A DNA stretch of 64,000 nucleotides from Nannocystis bainbridge (GCF_028368995.1 NZ_JAQNDL010000004.1:640001-704000); one strand, 5' to 3'. Counted from the stretch's first letter, positions 51,446 to 61,576 are shown. The notes: generated from the sequence alone by a model not told the origin. Program-made: numbers and translations.

Positions 51446-53200
51446 TCACTCGGGTTCGGGCGCGCCGAGGCGGACCTCGAGGGTGATCGGGACGACGATG
51501 CGCAGGCTGTCGGTGGTGGTCGTTGCGGTGGTGGGGGCGAGCTGCACGCGACGTCGCGGTCGCGCGGGGGCGGCGGTCGTGTCGGCGATCCGCCGGCGCA
51601 GGGCCATGGAGGCGTGGCGCGGGACGGCCGGCAGCGGTGATTCGCCGAGGACCGCGTCGACCAAAGCGCGACGATAAACAGGGTCGACGACGAGCTGCTG
51701 CAAGACCTCGACGCCGAGGCCCGGGGCGGCGGTCGTGAGGTCCTCGCGGGCGCCGGCGCCGAGCAGGTGGGCGACGCCGAGGCGGACGCGCTGCTCGACG
51801 CTGCGGGTCTGCGCGTGCGCCGAGACGATGGCCTCGTGCGGGCCCGTGCGACCGCGTGCGCGCTCCAGGGCGAGGGGCAACAAGGCGTCGACGAGCATCG
51901 CTTCGGGGGCGGCCGGCGGCGTGGCGCCTGGGGCCTCCTCGCCGAGCGGCAGCGGGGCCTGCAGCAGGGCCGCGCAGTCGAGCAGGCCGGCGCCGAACCA
52001 CGCCCGCGGGAACGGGCCGGGATCGAGGGCGTCGCGGGTCGAGCCGGCGAGCGCGCGGCGAAACGCCTGCGGCAGCGCGGCGCCGGGGTAGCGCTGGCGC
52101 AGCGCGACGGGGTCGTGCCGGGCCAGCCACAGCGCGGCGGCCGAGGCGACCAGGGCGGTCGCGTAGGAGGTGCCGCTGCTGATCCGCGTCACGGCGTCGC
52201 CGTCGCGCCAGTCGGCGACGAGCATGCGGTGGCCAGGGGCCGTCAGGGCGACGCTCGGGCCCTTCGACGAGTCACTCCATACCTGTCCTTTAGGACCGGT
52301 GGCCGCGACGGCGAGCACCTCGGGATAGGCGGCCGGCCAGACCACGAACTGCACGTGGTTGCCGGCGGCGGCGACGACGATGACGCCGCGCGCGTGGGCC
52401 CGCTCGACCGCGCGGCGCAGGCGAGCGCCAGGCAGGCCGCCGAGGCTGAGCGAGACGACGTGACAGCCGCGCGCGACCGCGTGGTCGATGGCCTGGGCCA
52501 GGCGCGCGTGCCAGGTGAGGATGACGACCGAGTCGGTGACGCGGATCGGCACGAGCTCGGCGGCGGGCGCGAGGCCGACGACGCGGTGCGGCAGCCGTTC
52601 GCGGCCGACCATGAGGCTGCTGGTCGCGGTGCCGTGGCCGGGTTGGCCCACTGGCGCGAGCGGATCGATCGGCGGGCTGCCGGGCTCCATCAGGTTCAGG
52701 CCCTGGTCGTGCAAGACGGCCGCGCCGGCGAGGCTGGGGTGCTCGGTGGTGCCGCTGTCGGGGTGACCGATCCGCACACCGTGGCCGTGGCCGTGCTGCC
52801 AGGCGCGCTCGGCCCCGATCTCGGCCAGATGCCAGCGCGGCGGGGGGTTGATGGAGAGCTCGGTGCCGGGGGCCTCGCGCACTTCGGCGGCGATCCGGGC
52901 GTCGATCTCGGTCAACGCGTGATCGAGCTCGGCCTCGGCGATAGCGGCGAGCTCGGGGCGAGCGGCCAGCGCTTCGGTCAGCGCGTGGGCGGCGTTCCAG
53001 CCGCGGCGCAGGTCGGTGCCGGCGGGCGCGAGCACCTCGATCAGCCGCCGCGGCTCGCCGGGGTCGGCGGGGCCGCGGACGCGCCAGCCGCGAGCGGCGA
53101 GGCCCGCGGTCTGCACGGCGTGCTCGACGGCGGCGGCGGCGTGGGCGGCGGTGTCGGCGGTGAGCTCGACGACGACGCTGCGGGTGTTCGGCGGGTTCAT
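51446..53200 (-). CDS. S8 (subtilisin-like) serine peptidase, no signal peptide
   Basis: HPDSG (Asp), GHGT (His), AAAGN, SGTSYAT (Ser); ATG overlaps the upstream stop (ATGA). Confidence 0.9.
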   Translation of the reverse strand: MNPPNTRSVVVELTADTAAHAAAAVEHAVQTAGLAARGWRVRGPADPGEPRRLIEVLAPAGTDLRRGWNAAHALTEALAARPELAAIAEAELDHALTEIDARIAAEVREAPGTELSINPPPRWHLAEIGAERAWQHGHGHGVRIGHPDSGTTEHPSLAGAAVLHDQGLNLMEPGSPPIDPLAPVGQPGHGTATSSLMVGRERLPHRVVGLAPAAELVPIRVTDSVVILTWHARLAQAIDHAVARGCHVVSLSLGGLPGARLRRAVERAHARGVIVVAAAGNHVQFVVWPAAYPEVLAVAATGPKGQVWSDSSKGPSVALTAPGHRMLVADWRDGDAVTRISSGTSYATALVASAAALWLARHDPVALRQRYPGAALPQAFRRALAGSTRDALDPGPFPRAWFGAGLLDCAALLQAPLPLGEEAPGATPPAAPEAMLVDALLPLALERARGRTGPHEAIVSAHAQTRSVEQRVRLGVAHLLGAGAREDLTTAAPGLGVEVLQQLVVDPVYRRALVDAVLGESPLPAVPRHASMALRRRIADTTAAPARPRRRVQLAPTTATTTTDSLRIVVPITLEVRLGAPEPE

Positions 53201-55233
53201 GCGTCCTCCGGCGCGGGCGTGAACTCGACGAGGTCGACCCATTGTGGGTGATCGATGAACGGGTTGCGGTTGCCCTGCACGGCGAAGATGGCCTGATTGC
53301 GGTGACGCTCGTGGAGGCCGGGCGGATCGTCCGTGGACCAGCGCTTCAGCAGCTCGATCTGGGCCGGCGTGGGCGTGCGGGAGGGGTCGAGCTCGCTGGC
53401 GTAGCGGACCAGGAAATAGAGGGTCGCGCGGGCGACCGGGCCGTGGCCGTCGCCAGGCTCGAAGTACGGGCCCTCGCCCTCGCCGCAGGGCGGCATCGGG
53501 GTGTCGCGGTCGAACTCGTGGTAGGCGCGGTCGGCCCGCAGGGTGTTGCAGGGCGGGTCGCAGGCGAAAAGATGGTGGAGGTCGCCGCGCATCGGCTCGC
53601 GCTTGCCGAACCAGCTCTGCGGGACCACGTGCTCGCAGTTGTAGGGCAGCTCGGCCTCGACGGCGGCGTCGATGTCGGCGAGCGAGAGGGAGGTGCGGCG
53701 CGCCCGCAACTCCGATCGGCGGGCCCGGCGGGCGGCGTCGATGCGGGCGTCGTCGGCGATCAGGGCCTCGGGCGAGAAGGTCGCGCCGGAGTAGATCGAG
53801 GCCAGGCGGAGGTCGGGGCGGAGGTCGACCCAGGGGTAGAGCTGGTGGCTCGGATTGTATTTCGGCGCCTCGGCGTGGGTGGTCGTGAGCAGGGCCGAGA
53901 GCGATTCGTGGCAGATGTCGTGGAGGATGTCGGCGTAATAGCTCGCGCGATCGCTGGCGTCCTGGGCGGCGTCGTAATACGGGCGAGCGCGGGCGGCGGC
54001 GACGAGGCGGTGCAGGTCGGCGGCAATGGGGGCAGGCTGCTCGACCGCAGCAATGGTGGCACCCGCCGCGGTGCCGAGCCGCACGGTGATCTCGATCGGC
54101 ACGGTGATGCGCAGGGTCTGGCCCGGAACGGCGACTGTGGTGATTGACGGCGCCGGGGCGATCGGCGGCGCCTGCTCGAGGTCGTTCCAGGCGGCGCTCC
54201 ATTCGCCCGGCAATTCGCGGGGCGCGGCGGCGCCGGCGAACCGGACCCCGGCGTCGACGATCCGCGGATCCCAGGCGAGCTCGGCGGCGGGGACGGCGAA
54301 GTTGCGGTCGAGGTAGACGCCGCCGAAATGCAGCCCGAGCACGCGGCCGGTGGCGACGTCGAGGATCGCGGCGCCGGAGCAGCCGCCGAGGGTCGAGGAG
54401 TCGTGCAGCGCGGCCGAGACGGTGCGGCCGAAGCTGGCGACGCGGCGGCGGCCGCCGAAGTAACCGGGGGCGAGGCGTTTGAGGTTGTAGCGGCCGCGGA
54501 ACACGCGTTGCTGGATCGTCAGGTCGTTGCGCAGATCGAGGCCGGGATAACCGATCACTGCGACGCGCCGACGGGCGGCAGGATCGTCGACGGCGAGCGC
54601 GAGCGGGGTGACCTGCAGGCCGTCGACGCGCAGCAAGGCCAGGTCCCAGTAGGGGTGGATCAGGACGACCTCGGACACTGCGTAGGTGGGGCCGTCGGGC
54701 TCGTCCTGCTGCTCGCGGCGCGGATCGAAGCCGGCGGTCTGGCCGGGGAGGAAGCGCAGGTGGGTGCGCCCGAGGCCGCCGGCGAACAGCTGGGCGACGT
54801 GGCGATTGGTCATGATGAGGCCGTCGCCGACGACGAAGCCGGTGCCGCCGTAGGGCAGCGAGAGGTTGTCCGGCAGCTCGATGCGGCCGATCGCCGGCAG
54901 GCAGGCTTCGATGCGCGCGCGGAGGTCGGCGTCGGCGTGGAGGTCGAAGAACTCGCCGGGCGGCAGACCGAGCAGCTTGCCGTCAGCGATGTCGGCGACG
55001 GGCCGCTCCCTGGGCAGGATGATCGCCTCGAGGCACTCGAGGTCGCCCGGCGCGAGCGGGGCGCGATCGATCCACTTGCGGGCGGTGCTGCGGACCTGAT
55101 CGGTCTGGCGCGCGTCGAGGCCGAACCACTGGGCGGCGCCGGCGACGATGGGCTCGACGGAGGCGCTGGATTCGAGGTGGGACGGTGGCAGGATGGAGTC
55201 CGCGTAGGCGCGGACGCGGGCGGGCGAGGCCAT
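53197..55233 (-). CDS. Trypsin-like (V8-type) peptidase fused to Endonuclease I (His-Me finger) nuclease
   Basis: GTGFVVG...TNRHV, WDLALL, TLGGCSG, GLHFG; then NCEHVVPQSWF, DLHHLFAC...CN..R, G.VARA.LYF..RY, W...DPP...E..RN..I...QGNRNPFIDHP. Confidence 0.9.
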   Translation of the reverse strand: MASPARVRAYADSILPPSHLESSASVEPIVAGAAQWFGLDARQTDQVRSTARKWIDRAPLAPGDLECLEAIILPRERPVADIADGKLLGLPPGEFFDLHADADLRARIEACLPAIGRIELPDNLSLPYGGTGFVVGDGLIMTNRHVAQLFAGGLGRTHLRFLPGQTAGFDPRREQQDEPDGPTYAVSEVVLIHPYWDLALLRVDGLQVTPLALAVDDPAARRRVAVIGYPGLDLRNDLTIQQRVFRGRYNLKRLAPGYFGGRRRVASFGRTVSAALHDSSTLGGCSGAAILDVATGRVLGLHFGGVYLDRNFAVPAAELAWDPRIVDAGVRFAGAAAPRELPGEWSAAWNDLEQAPPIAPAPSITTVAVPGQTLRITVPIEITVRLGTAAGATIAAVEQPAPIAADLHRLVAAARARPYYDAAQDASDRASYYADILHDICHESLSALLTTTHAEAPKYNPSHQLYPWVDLRPDLRLASIYSGATFSPEALIADDARIDAARRARRSELRARRTSLSLADIDAAVEAELPYNCEHVVPQSWFGKREPMRGDLHHLFACDPPCNTLRADRAYHEFDRDTPMPPCGEGEGPYFEPGDGHGPVARATLYFLVRYASELDPSRTPTPAQIELLKRWSTDDPPGLHERHRNQAIFAVQGNRNPFIDHPQWVDLVEFTPAPEDA

Positions 55234-55610
55234 GGAGACGAACAGCAAAGCACGCGCGGACGGGCGAGAAAAGCCGGACGGCGCGGGGAAAGACGGGGTG
55301 CGCCGATCTGGCGAAATCGCGGACGATGAGCATTGCCCGGCGGTTGAACCGTGTTCGTCGGCGGCGCGGATGGAGGCCCGCGCGCGCGCCGGAGCGGCGG
55401 GCAGGCGTTCGCGGGGTGTGCGTTTTCCGGGGCACGCGACCAGGGACGGAAAGGCCGCCGACGAACACGTCGATGTCCATGCGCCATCCTGGGCGAGTGT
55501 CGCGCGCCGGCATCGCGCATGACTTCGAATCGAAGCACGCGCGAACGCGCCGCGCCGATCCTGCGTTCCCAGCCGGGCCTGTGGGCATTGCGCCGAGCCG
55601 GCGCCTGGGC

Positions 55611-56981
55611 TCAATCGACCTGCGGAATGCAGGGACAGTCGTCCCAGTCGCCGACGCACAGCTGCTCCGGCGGGGCGTTCAATTGTTGTTGCACCCATCC
55701 GTCGACCTGCGCGGGCGTCACCTGGGTGTCGATGAATTGCAGCGACTTGACGAGCTCCTGCACGCTGCCGAGGCCGTCGAGCGAGGTGAGGCCGGGGCTG
55801 TTGGTGACGACGAGGAACCGCGCGCTGGTCAGCGCGTCGAGGCCGGCCAGGCTGGTGAGGCCGTCCATGCGAAAGCCGGTCTGCGAGCAGTCGCCGATGG
55901 CGAGGTTCACGTCGACGAGCTTCAGCTGCTCGAGGCCGTGGAGGTCGGTGACCTGCGGCAGGCCCGAGACCTGCAACGTGTGGACTTGCTCGAGGGCGGC
56001 CAGCTGCGCCAGATCGGGGACCTGGGGCAGGTCGCGCAGCGACAGCAGGCCGGCGGCGGCGATCGTCTCGAGGCCGGCGAGCGACGCGAGCTCGGGCAAC
56101 GAGCGCAGCCGCAGCGTCATGTCGGGGCCAGCCTGGGCGAACAGGGCGGCGCTGGGCGACAGATCGGCGAGCGTCGCGTTGTCGGCGAGCAGCACTTCGA
56201 GCGCGGTGATGCCGGAGTACTTCAGCGTGGCGAGCGCGTCGACGTCGACGAGGGCAGGGTTGCCGACCACGTGGAGCTCCTCGATGCCCTCGTAGTCGGG
56301 CGCGAACGTCGGCAGGCTGGTGATCCCGGTGGCGAAGATGTCGAGCGTGACCAGCCGCTTCAGGTTGGCCAGCGCGGACATGTCGGTGAGCGCCGGCGTG
56401 TCCTCGATGCGCAGGCTGAACAGGTCCTCCACGCAGGCGAGCGGCGAGAGGTCGGTCAACACGGCGTTGCTGTCGAGCTGCAGCGCGCTGGCGGTGACGA
56501 GGTTGGCGAAGCCCGCGAGCTGCGCAACGGTGAGGTCGCCGGTGATGTGGATCGATCCGGTCACGCGCGTGACGCAGGCCATGAACTCGGTCGAGTCGCC
56601 GGGCCCGATCTCCACGTTGCCCTCGAACTCGAGCGCCTCGGGGCACGGCGGTCCGCAGTCGACGGCGGACTCGCCGGTGGTGGTGGTGTCGCCGGTGGTC
56701 GAATCGCTGGTGGTGGTGTCGCCGGTGGTCGAGCTCGTGAGGGTCGTCGTGCCGTCGCTCGTGTCCGTGGTGGTCGAGGCGGCGCTCGTGGTCGGTCCCG
56801 GCGGGTCGCCGGTGGTGCTGTCCGTGCTCGTCGACGACGGCGGCCCGTCATCGGTGGTCGGCGAGGTGTCCGAGGTCGTCCCGGGCCCGCTGACGCTCTC
56901 GCCGTCGGTCTCCGTGTCGGCGGGCTTGGGAGCGCAGGCGAGAGTCACGATGCACGCGAGCCACGAATGAGCACGAGCCAT
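55611..56981 (-). CDS. Lipoprotein with Thr-rich stalk and receptor-L/LRR-like repeats
   Basis: Lipobox TLAC; repeats L.I.DN..L.DL..L..L. Confidence 0.8.
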   Translation of the reverse strand: MARAHSWLACIVTLACAPKPADTETDGESVSGPGTTSDTSPTTDDGPPSSTSTDSTTGDPPGPTTSAASTTTDTSDGTTTLTSSTTGDTTTSDSTTGDTTTTGESAVDCGPPCPEALEFEGNVEIGPGDSTEFMACVTRVTGSIHITGDLTVAQLAGFANLVTASALQLDSNAVLTDLSPLACVEDLFSLRIEDTPALTDMSALANLKRLVTLDIFATGITSLPTFAPDYEGIEELHVVGNPALVDVDALATLKYSGITALEVLLADNATLADLSPSAALFAQAGPDMTLRLRSLPELASLAGLETIAAAGLLSLRDLPQVPDLAQLAALEQVHTLQVSGLPQVTDLHGLEQLKLVDVNLAIGDCSQTGFRMDGLTSLAGLDALTSARFLVVTNSPGLTSLDGLGSVQELVKSLQFIDTQVTPAQVDGWVQQQLNAPPEQLCVGDWDDCPCIPQVD

Positions 56982-57290
56982 CCGCGCAGCGTACATGCGC
57001 GTGGCGATCCGGCTCAAGGCGCGGACGAGCCCTCGCGTGGCGAGGAGATCGCCGTGGCTGCAGCGCGCGGCGACGCGGCCGGAGCTGCGCGATGTTCGGG
57101 CCTCGCAGGCCGAGGGACTCGGCGGCGCGAAGAGGCAGCGCGCACGCTCGCGGACGCGACGGACGGGTCAGCGCATGAACCCGGTGTCGGGAGACACGGG
57201 CCGACGGTCGGGGGCGCAGGTGGCCACCGGGCTTCGACGCAGGGCGAGCGGCCGGCGCCGAAGGGCGAGCGAGATCCGCCCGCGGCCCGC

Positions 57291-59648
57291 TCAGCCGATG
57301 GCCTTGCAGGCCGGGCCGAGGCTGGCGGTGTTGTTGTCGGTGCGGCACTCGTGCCACGGGTGCTCGGGCATGCCGTCGTCGACCACGAGCACGAGCGGCT
57401 TGCTGCCATCGATGAAGCTCGGCGGCAGCTCGGGCAGCTCGAGCAGCAGCTCCTGGGCCTCGGCGGGGTAGAGCACCTTGGTGGTGACGAGGGTGCCGAG
57501 CAGGGTGCCGCCCTGGTTCGGGTCGCCCTCGTAGAAGCCGACGGGCACGCCGGCGGGCACGGCGGCCTGGCCGAGGTTGCGCACGCGGGCGAACGCCTTG
57601 AAGCCGTCGAAGCACTGGGTGTGGCCGCTGACGACCAGGTCGGGCGCGGCGAACTCGCCCTCGGGCTGGACGTTCTGGCGGAAGTTGTTGAGGCCGGGCG
57701 TGGTCCAGTTGGTCGCCTCGACGGCGGGGATGGTGCCGTCCTCGGCGACGTTGGTGACGTGGTAGGCGTGCTGGTTCCAGATCCGGCGCGTGCGCACCCA
57801 CTGGTTGTTGGCGTCGCCGAAGATCCGCACGCCGCGGGTCTTCATCTGCTCTTTGGGACAGGTGAGGCTCGAGTAGTCGTTCGAGGTGACGACGATGTCG
57901 GCCTGGCCGTCGTTGTCGACGTCGGCGACCAGCGGGTACTCGTGGAGCGTGCCGGAGGTGTTGCAGATCTCGGTCAGGACCTCGCCGGTGGCGCCGTCGT
58001 AGATCCGCATGTACTGCTCGTCGGCGTAGACGACCTCGGCCGAGCCGGAGCCGTCGAAGTCGAACACCGAGCTGCCGGTGAACGCCGACGAGCAGTCCTG
58101 CGTCTGCTTGATCCACAGGAAGGTGTCGGCCGCCGCGACGGCGGGGTCGAGCAGCTTCTTGCCGTCGAACACGGCGTAGCCGATGCCGCCGGCGACGCCG
58201 ATGTCGGGGGTGCCGTCGCCGTTGAAGTCGGCGATGGTCGGCGGGCCGCCGCCGCCGATGTTGCCGGCGCTGTCGGGCGGGCACAGGTCGGGCGACAGCG
58301 GGCCGTTGATGTCGAGGTCCTGGCGGACGACGACGAACAGGCCGGGGGCGTTGGGGTCGTAGCGCCAGATGTTGAGGTCGTGGGTGCCGGTGCCGTGGGC
58401 GTTGTCGATGCCGACGATCTCGGGCACGCCGTCGAGGTCGAAGTCGGCGACGGCGGGGAAGGTGCCGCCGAGGCCGGTGTCGACGAGCACGGTGCCGTCG
58501 ATCTCGAGGACCCGGGTGGGGGTGACGATCTCGAGCTGGCCGTCGCCGTCGACGTCGGCGGCGATCGCCTTCTTGTTCCACCAGCTGCTGGTGATGGCGT
58601 CGATGGTGAGCTCGAGCGCGCCGGTCTTGCCGTCGAGCACGCTCGACTCGGTGAGGATCTCGACGTTGCCGTCGCCGTCGAAGTCGGCCAGCGAGATGTG
58701 GTCGCAGCCGACGACCTCGGCGGTGATCCACAGCTCGGCGCCGGCGGCGGTGTAGGCCCGCACCTTGCCCTCGGCGGTGCAGGCGACGACCTCGTTGCCG
58801 GCGACGCCGTCGATGTTGCCGGCGGCGAGCGAGCGCCCGCCGAACAGGGTGTCGACGGCCGGCTTCTGCGTCCACTTGGTGACCAGCGCGCCGTTGACGA
58901 TCGAGATCGCGTGCAGGGTGCCGTCGGAGCTGTAGTTGCCGTCGTCGAACGACATGAACACGATCTCGGGGATGTCGCGCTCGTCGACCTCGCCGTTGCA
59001 GTCGTCGTCGTCGAGCTGGATGACGATCGGCGGCATCATCACGCTGGCGTCGGTCCACGCGTACTTGAGCACCGGCTCGAAGCTGGTCTGCGGCTTGAAC
59101 TCGCAGCGGGGCAGGCAGTCGATGTCGTCGCCCTCGGGCACGACGCCGGGGTCGCACTCCGGCGGCTCGGGCAGGCACTTGCCGGTGGCCGGCACGAACC
59201 CGCCGCCGCACTGGTCGCCGCCCATGCTGCCGGGCTCGCCGAGGGTGTATTCACAATAGTTGCCCTCGGGGCATTCGGCGGCGTCGACGCATTCGGCGCC
59301 GGGGACCACGCATTGCTGGAACGAGCACACCTGGTCCGATTGACAGCAGACCTCGCCGCACGCGAGGTCGGCGGCGCAGCAGACGTCGCCGACGCAGGCG
59401 CCGTCGGGGCAGCTCTCGAGGTCGCAGGCGGCGCCGGTGGTGCCGTCGCTGTCGGTGAGGCCGCCGCTGCCCTCGGTCGGGACGACGTCGGTGGTGGCGT
59501 CGGTGGTGGCGCCGGTCAGGCCGTCGGTGACGGTGATCGAGGTGCCGGGGGTCGTCGGCGTCGCGGTGTCTTCGGCCGGGCGACCGTTGTCGCCGCAGGC
59601 GGCGACGATGGCGACGAGGAGGTTGGGGGCCAAGATCGCGCGACGCAT
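57291..59648 (-). CDS. FG-GAP/VCBS repeat beta-propeller lipoprotein with C-terminal CARDB-like domain
   Basis: Lipobox VAAC; ADFDGDG..EI repeats; RRIWNQHAYHVTNV; PDLVV...VRNLG...V.FY.G.P...EC..DNN. Confidence 0.88.
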   Translation of the reverse strand: MRRAILAPNLLVAIVAACGDNGRPAEDTATPTTPGTSITVTDGLTGATTDATTDVVPTEGSGGLTDSDGTTGAACDLESCPDGACVGDVCCAADLACGEVCCQSDQVCSFQQCVVPGAECVDAAECPEGNYCEYTLGEPGSMGGDQCGGGFVPATGKCLPEPPECDPGVVPEGDDIDCLPRCEFKPQTSFEPVLKYAWTDASVMMPPIVIQLDDDDCNGEVDERDIPEIVFMSFDDGNYSSDGTLHAISIVNGALVTKWTQKPAVDTLFGGRSLAAGNIDGVAGNEVVACTAEGKVRAYTAAGAELWITAEVVGCDHISLADFDGDGNVEILTESSVLDGKTGALELTIDAITSSWWNKKAIAADVDGDGQLEIVTPTRVLEIDGTVLVDTGLGGTFPAVADFDLDGVPEIVGIDNAHGTGTHDLNIWRYDPNAPGLFVVVRQDLDINGPLSPDLCPPDSAGNIGGGGPPTIADFNGDGTPDIGVAGGIGYAVFDGKKLLDPAVAAADTFLWIKQTQDCSSAFTGSSVFDFDGSGSAEVVYADEQYMRIYDGATGEVLTEICNTSGTLHEYPLVADVDNDGQADIVVTSNDYSSLTCPKEQMKTRGVRIFGDANNQWVRTRRIWNQHAYHVTNVAEDGTIPAVEATNWTTPGLNNFRQNVQPEGEFAAPDLVVSGHTQCFDGFKAFARVRNLGQAAVPAGVPVGFYEGDPNQGGTLLGTLVTTKVLYPAEAQELLLELPELPPSFIDGSKPLVLVVDDGMPEHPWHECRTDNNTASLGPACKAIG

Positions 59649-59916
59649 TGCGAGGATGGGACCACGTGGACCCCGACGATGACAAGTCGGCGCATGCGGA
59701 TCGGCGGCGGCGATGCGTCCGCGTGGTCTGCGATGCCGCTCGCCGGACCGCCGGCGCCCGGCGTCGCGGTGAATTCGCGGATTCACACGAGGGCCGCCCG
59801 GCCGGCGCGCGGCCGCCCGCGGGTGCGCGTTCGCCCGCGGCGCGCAATCGGCTTCATCGCGCGGGCCCCGAAACCCGCGCGGAATGGGGGCACTCGGCGG
59901 ACGAGGCGGCGGCGAA

Positions 59917-61020
59917 TCAGGTCACGACGTTCGGCGGTTCGCTCGCCAGCGTCAGCGGCGGGGCGGCCATCGCCGCGCGCGCGACCGGCCGCGCCGGGGT
60001 CGGGGCGGCCCGCCAGCGCTCCACGGCGGCGTCGAGGATGCCGCCGATGAGCGCGTCGTAGCTCCAGCCGTGACCGGCGGCGAGGTTGGCGAGGTCGCTG
60101 AAGCCGGGGCGCAGGCCCGGCAGCGGGTTGATCTCGATGAACTGGACCTCGCCGTGGCGATCGCAGCGCAGGTCGACGCGCGAGATGTCGCGGCACTCGA
60201 AGGCGCGGTGGGCTCCGAGCGCGAGCTCGTGGATCTGGCCGAGGCGCGCGGGGCTGAGGGCGCCGTGACGCAGCAATTCGTCGGTCATGGGATAGCGGAC
60301 CTCGGCCGAATAGTCGCGCTTGTACTCGAGCGAATAGACGAACTCGTCGAGCGGACCGGCGGGCACGATCTGCATGACGCCGAGGACGCGCGCGCCGTCG
60401 CCGTTGCCGATCACGCCGACGGTGTACTCCTCGCCGGGCAGGAACTCCTCGACGAGCACGGGCTGGCGGTAGGCGGCGTGGAGCGAGCGGACGAGGGCGT
60501 GCAATTGCTCGGGGTCGGTGCAGCGGGAGCGGCTGCGGATGCCCATCGAGGAGCCCTCGCCGACCGGCTTGAGGAACAGCGGATACTGCAGACCGTGATC
60601 GTCGCAGGTCTCGCCGGGCGGGACCAGGCGGAACGGCGGGGTGGGCAGGCCGTGGTCGCGGGCGACGAGCTTGGCGACCCGCTTGTCGAGGGTGAGGGTG
60701 AGCGCGGGGGCGTCGCTGGCGGTGAACGGGACGCCGAGCATTTCGAGCAGCGCGGGAACCTGCGATTCGCGGCCGCGGCCGCCGAAGCCCTCGGCGAGGT
60801 TGAACACGCCGTCGAGGCGCTCGGCCAGGCCGCCGCGCACGAGGCCGTCGAGCAGCGCCCGCCCGCCGCCGAGCCGCACGACATCGTGGCCGCGACGGCG
60901 CAGGACCTGCTCGATGGCGACAATGGTGTCGATCGCCTCGAGCTCCTCATATAGGTCGATCGGCTCCGACGCGCTCGGGACTTCCATCGGTTTGAGGTCG
61001 TAGGTGATTCCGATCCGCAT
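59917..61020 (-). CDS. D-Ala-D-Ala ligase-like ATP-grasp enzyme (non-canonical subgroup)
   Basis: MRIGITYDL; VFNLAEG..GR.RESQVPALLE; DK; KP..EGSSMGI; EEFLPG.E; RVDLR; EINPLPGL. Confidence 0.88.
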   Translation of the reverse strand: MRIGITYDLKPMEVPSASEPIDLYEELEAIDTIVAIEQVLRRRGHDVVRLGGGRALLDGLVRGGLAERLDGVFNLAEGFGGRGRESQVPALLEMLGVPFTASDAPALTLTLDKRVAKLVARDHGLPTPPFRLVPPGETCDDHGLQYPLFLKPVGEGSSMGIRSRSRCTDPEQLHALVRSLHAAYRQPVLVEEFLPGEEYTVGVIGNGDGARVLGVMQIVPAGPLDEFVYSLEYKRDYSAEVRYPMTDELLRHGALSPARLGQIHELALGAHRAFECRDISRVDLRCDRHGEVQFIEINPLPGLRPGFSDLANLAAGHGWSYDALIGGILDAAVERWRAAPTPARPVARAAMAAPPLTLASEPPNVVT

Positions 61021-61559
61021 CGCCGGGCGCGACCAGTAGCACGGGCCGCGAACGGGCACGAGGCGTTTCACAGCGGGACGCCACCCCGGAAAATTCCCTG
61101 AGCGGGGTGAGCGCCCGCGAGACGCCGCGGCGGGCCGGGTCGGTCGATGTCGGCGCCGGCCTCGATGCCGCGTCGCCTCGTCGAGGTTGCGATGGAGCGG
61201 CGCTGCATGGGAGAGGCTGCGGCGGGTCGCGGACGGCTCCGCCGACCTCGATCTCGTCATCCGGGGCGGCGATCGGGGCGGGCCATTGCAGGGTGACCGC
61301 AAGCACCGCGGCGTGGGAGCAGGTGCGCGAGGTGATGCTCGCGACCGGCGCAAGAAATTGGCGCATTCGCATGGGCTCGCGACTCGGGCCTGGCGCGGGC
61401 GGCGAGATCGCGGTCGCGGGTGAGGGCGTCCTCGACGGGCCGCGGCGGAGGCGGCATCGGTGCGCGGCCGAGAGCCGCGGGACTCGATCGCCCGAGCTTG
61501 ACGGCGTTCGGTTTTGCGATTGGGGGCGCGGGGGCCCCGGAGGGCGCGCAGGCGCATAA

Positions 61560-61576
61560 AGCATGATTCGCGCCAA
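61560..61576 (-). promoter_or_regulatory. Putative sigma54 (-24/-12) promoter
   Basis: Minus strand reads TTGGCGCG-AATC-ATGCT, with correct GG-N10-GC spacing. Confidence 0.45.

Noticed and set aside
55234-56646. N-terminal extension of the 1149-aa ORF
   Set aside because: Overlaps the LRR lipoprotein gene and intergenic DNA; the likely start is ATG 55233.
55185-60050. 1621-aa plus-strand ORF (and similar long Arg/Gly/Ala-rich ORFs throughout the track)
   Set aside because: Antisense or off-frame to well-supported genes, with composition typical of shadow frames.
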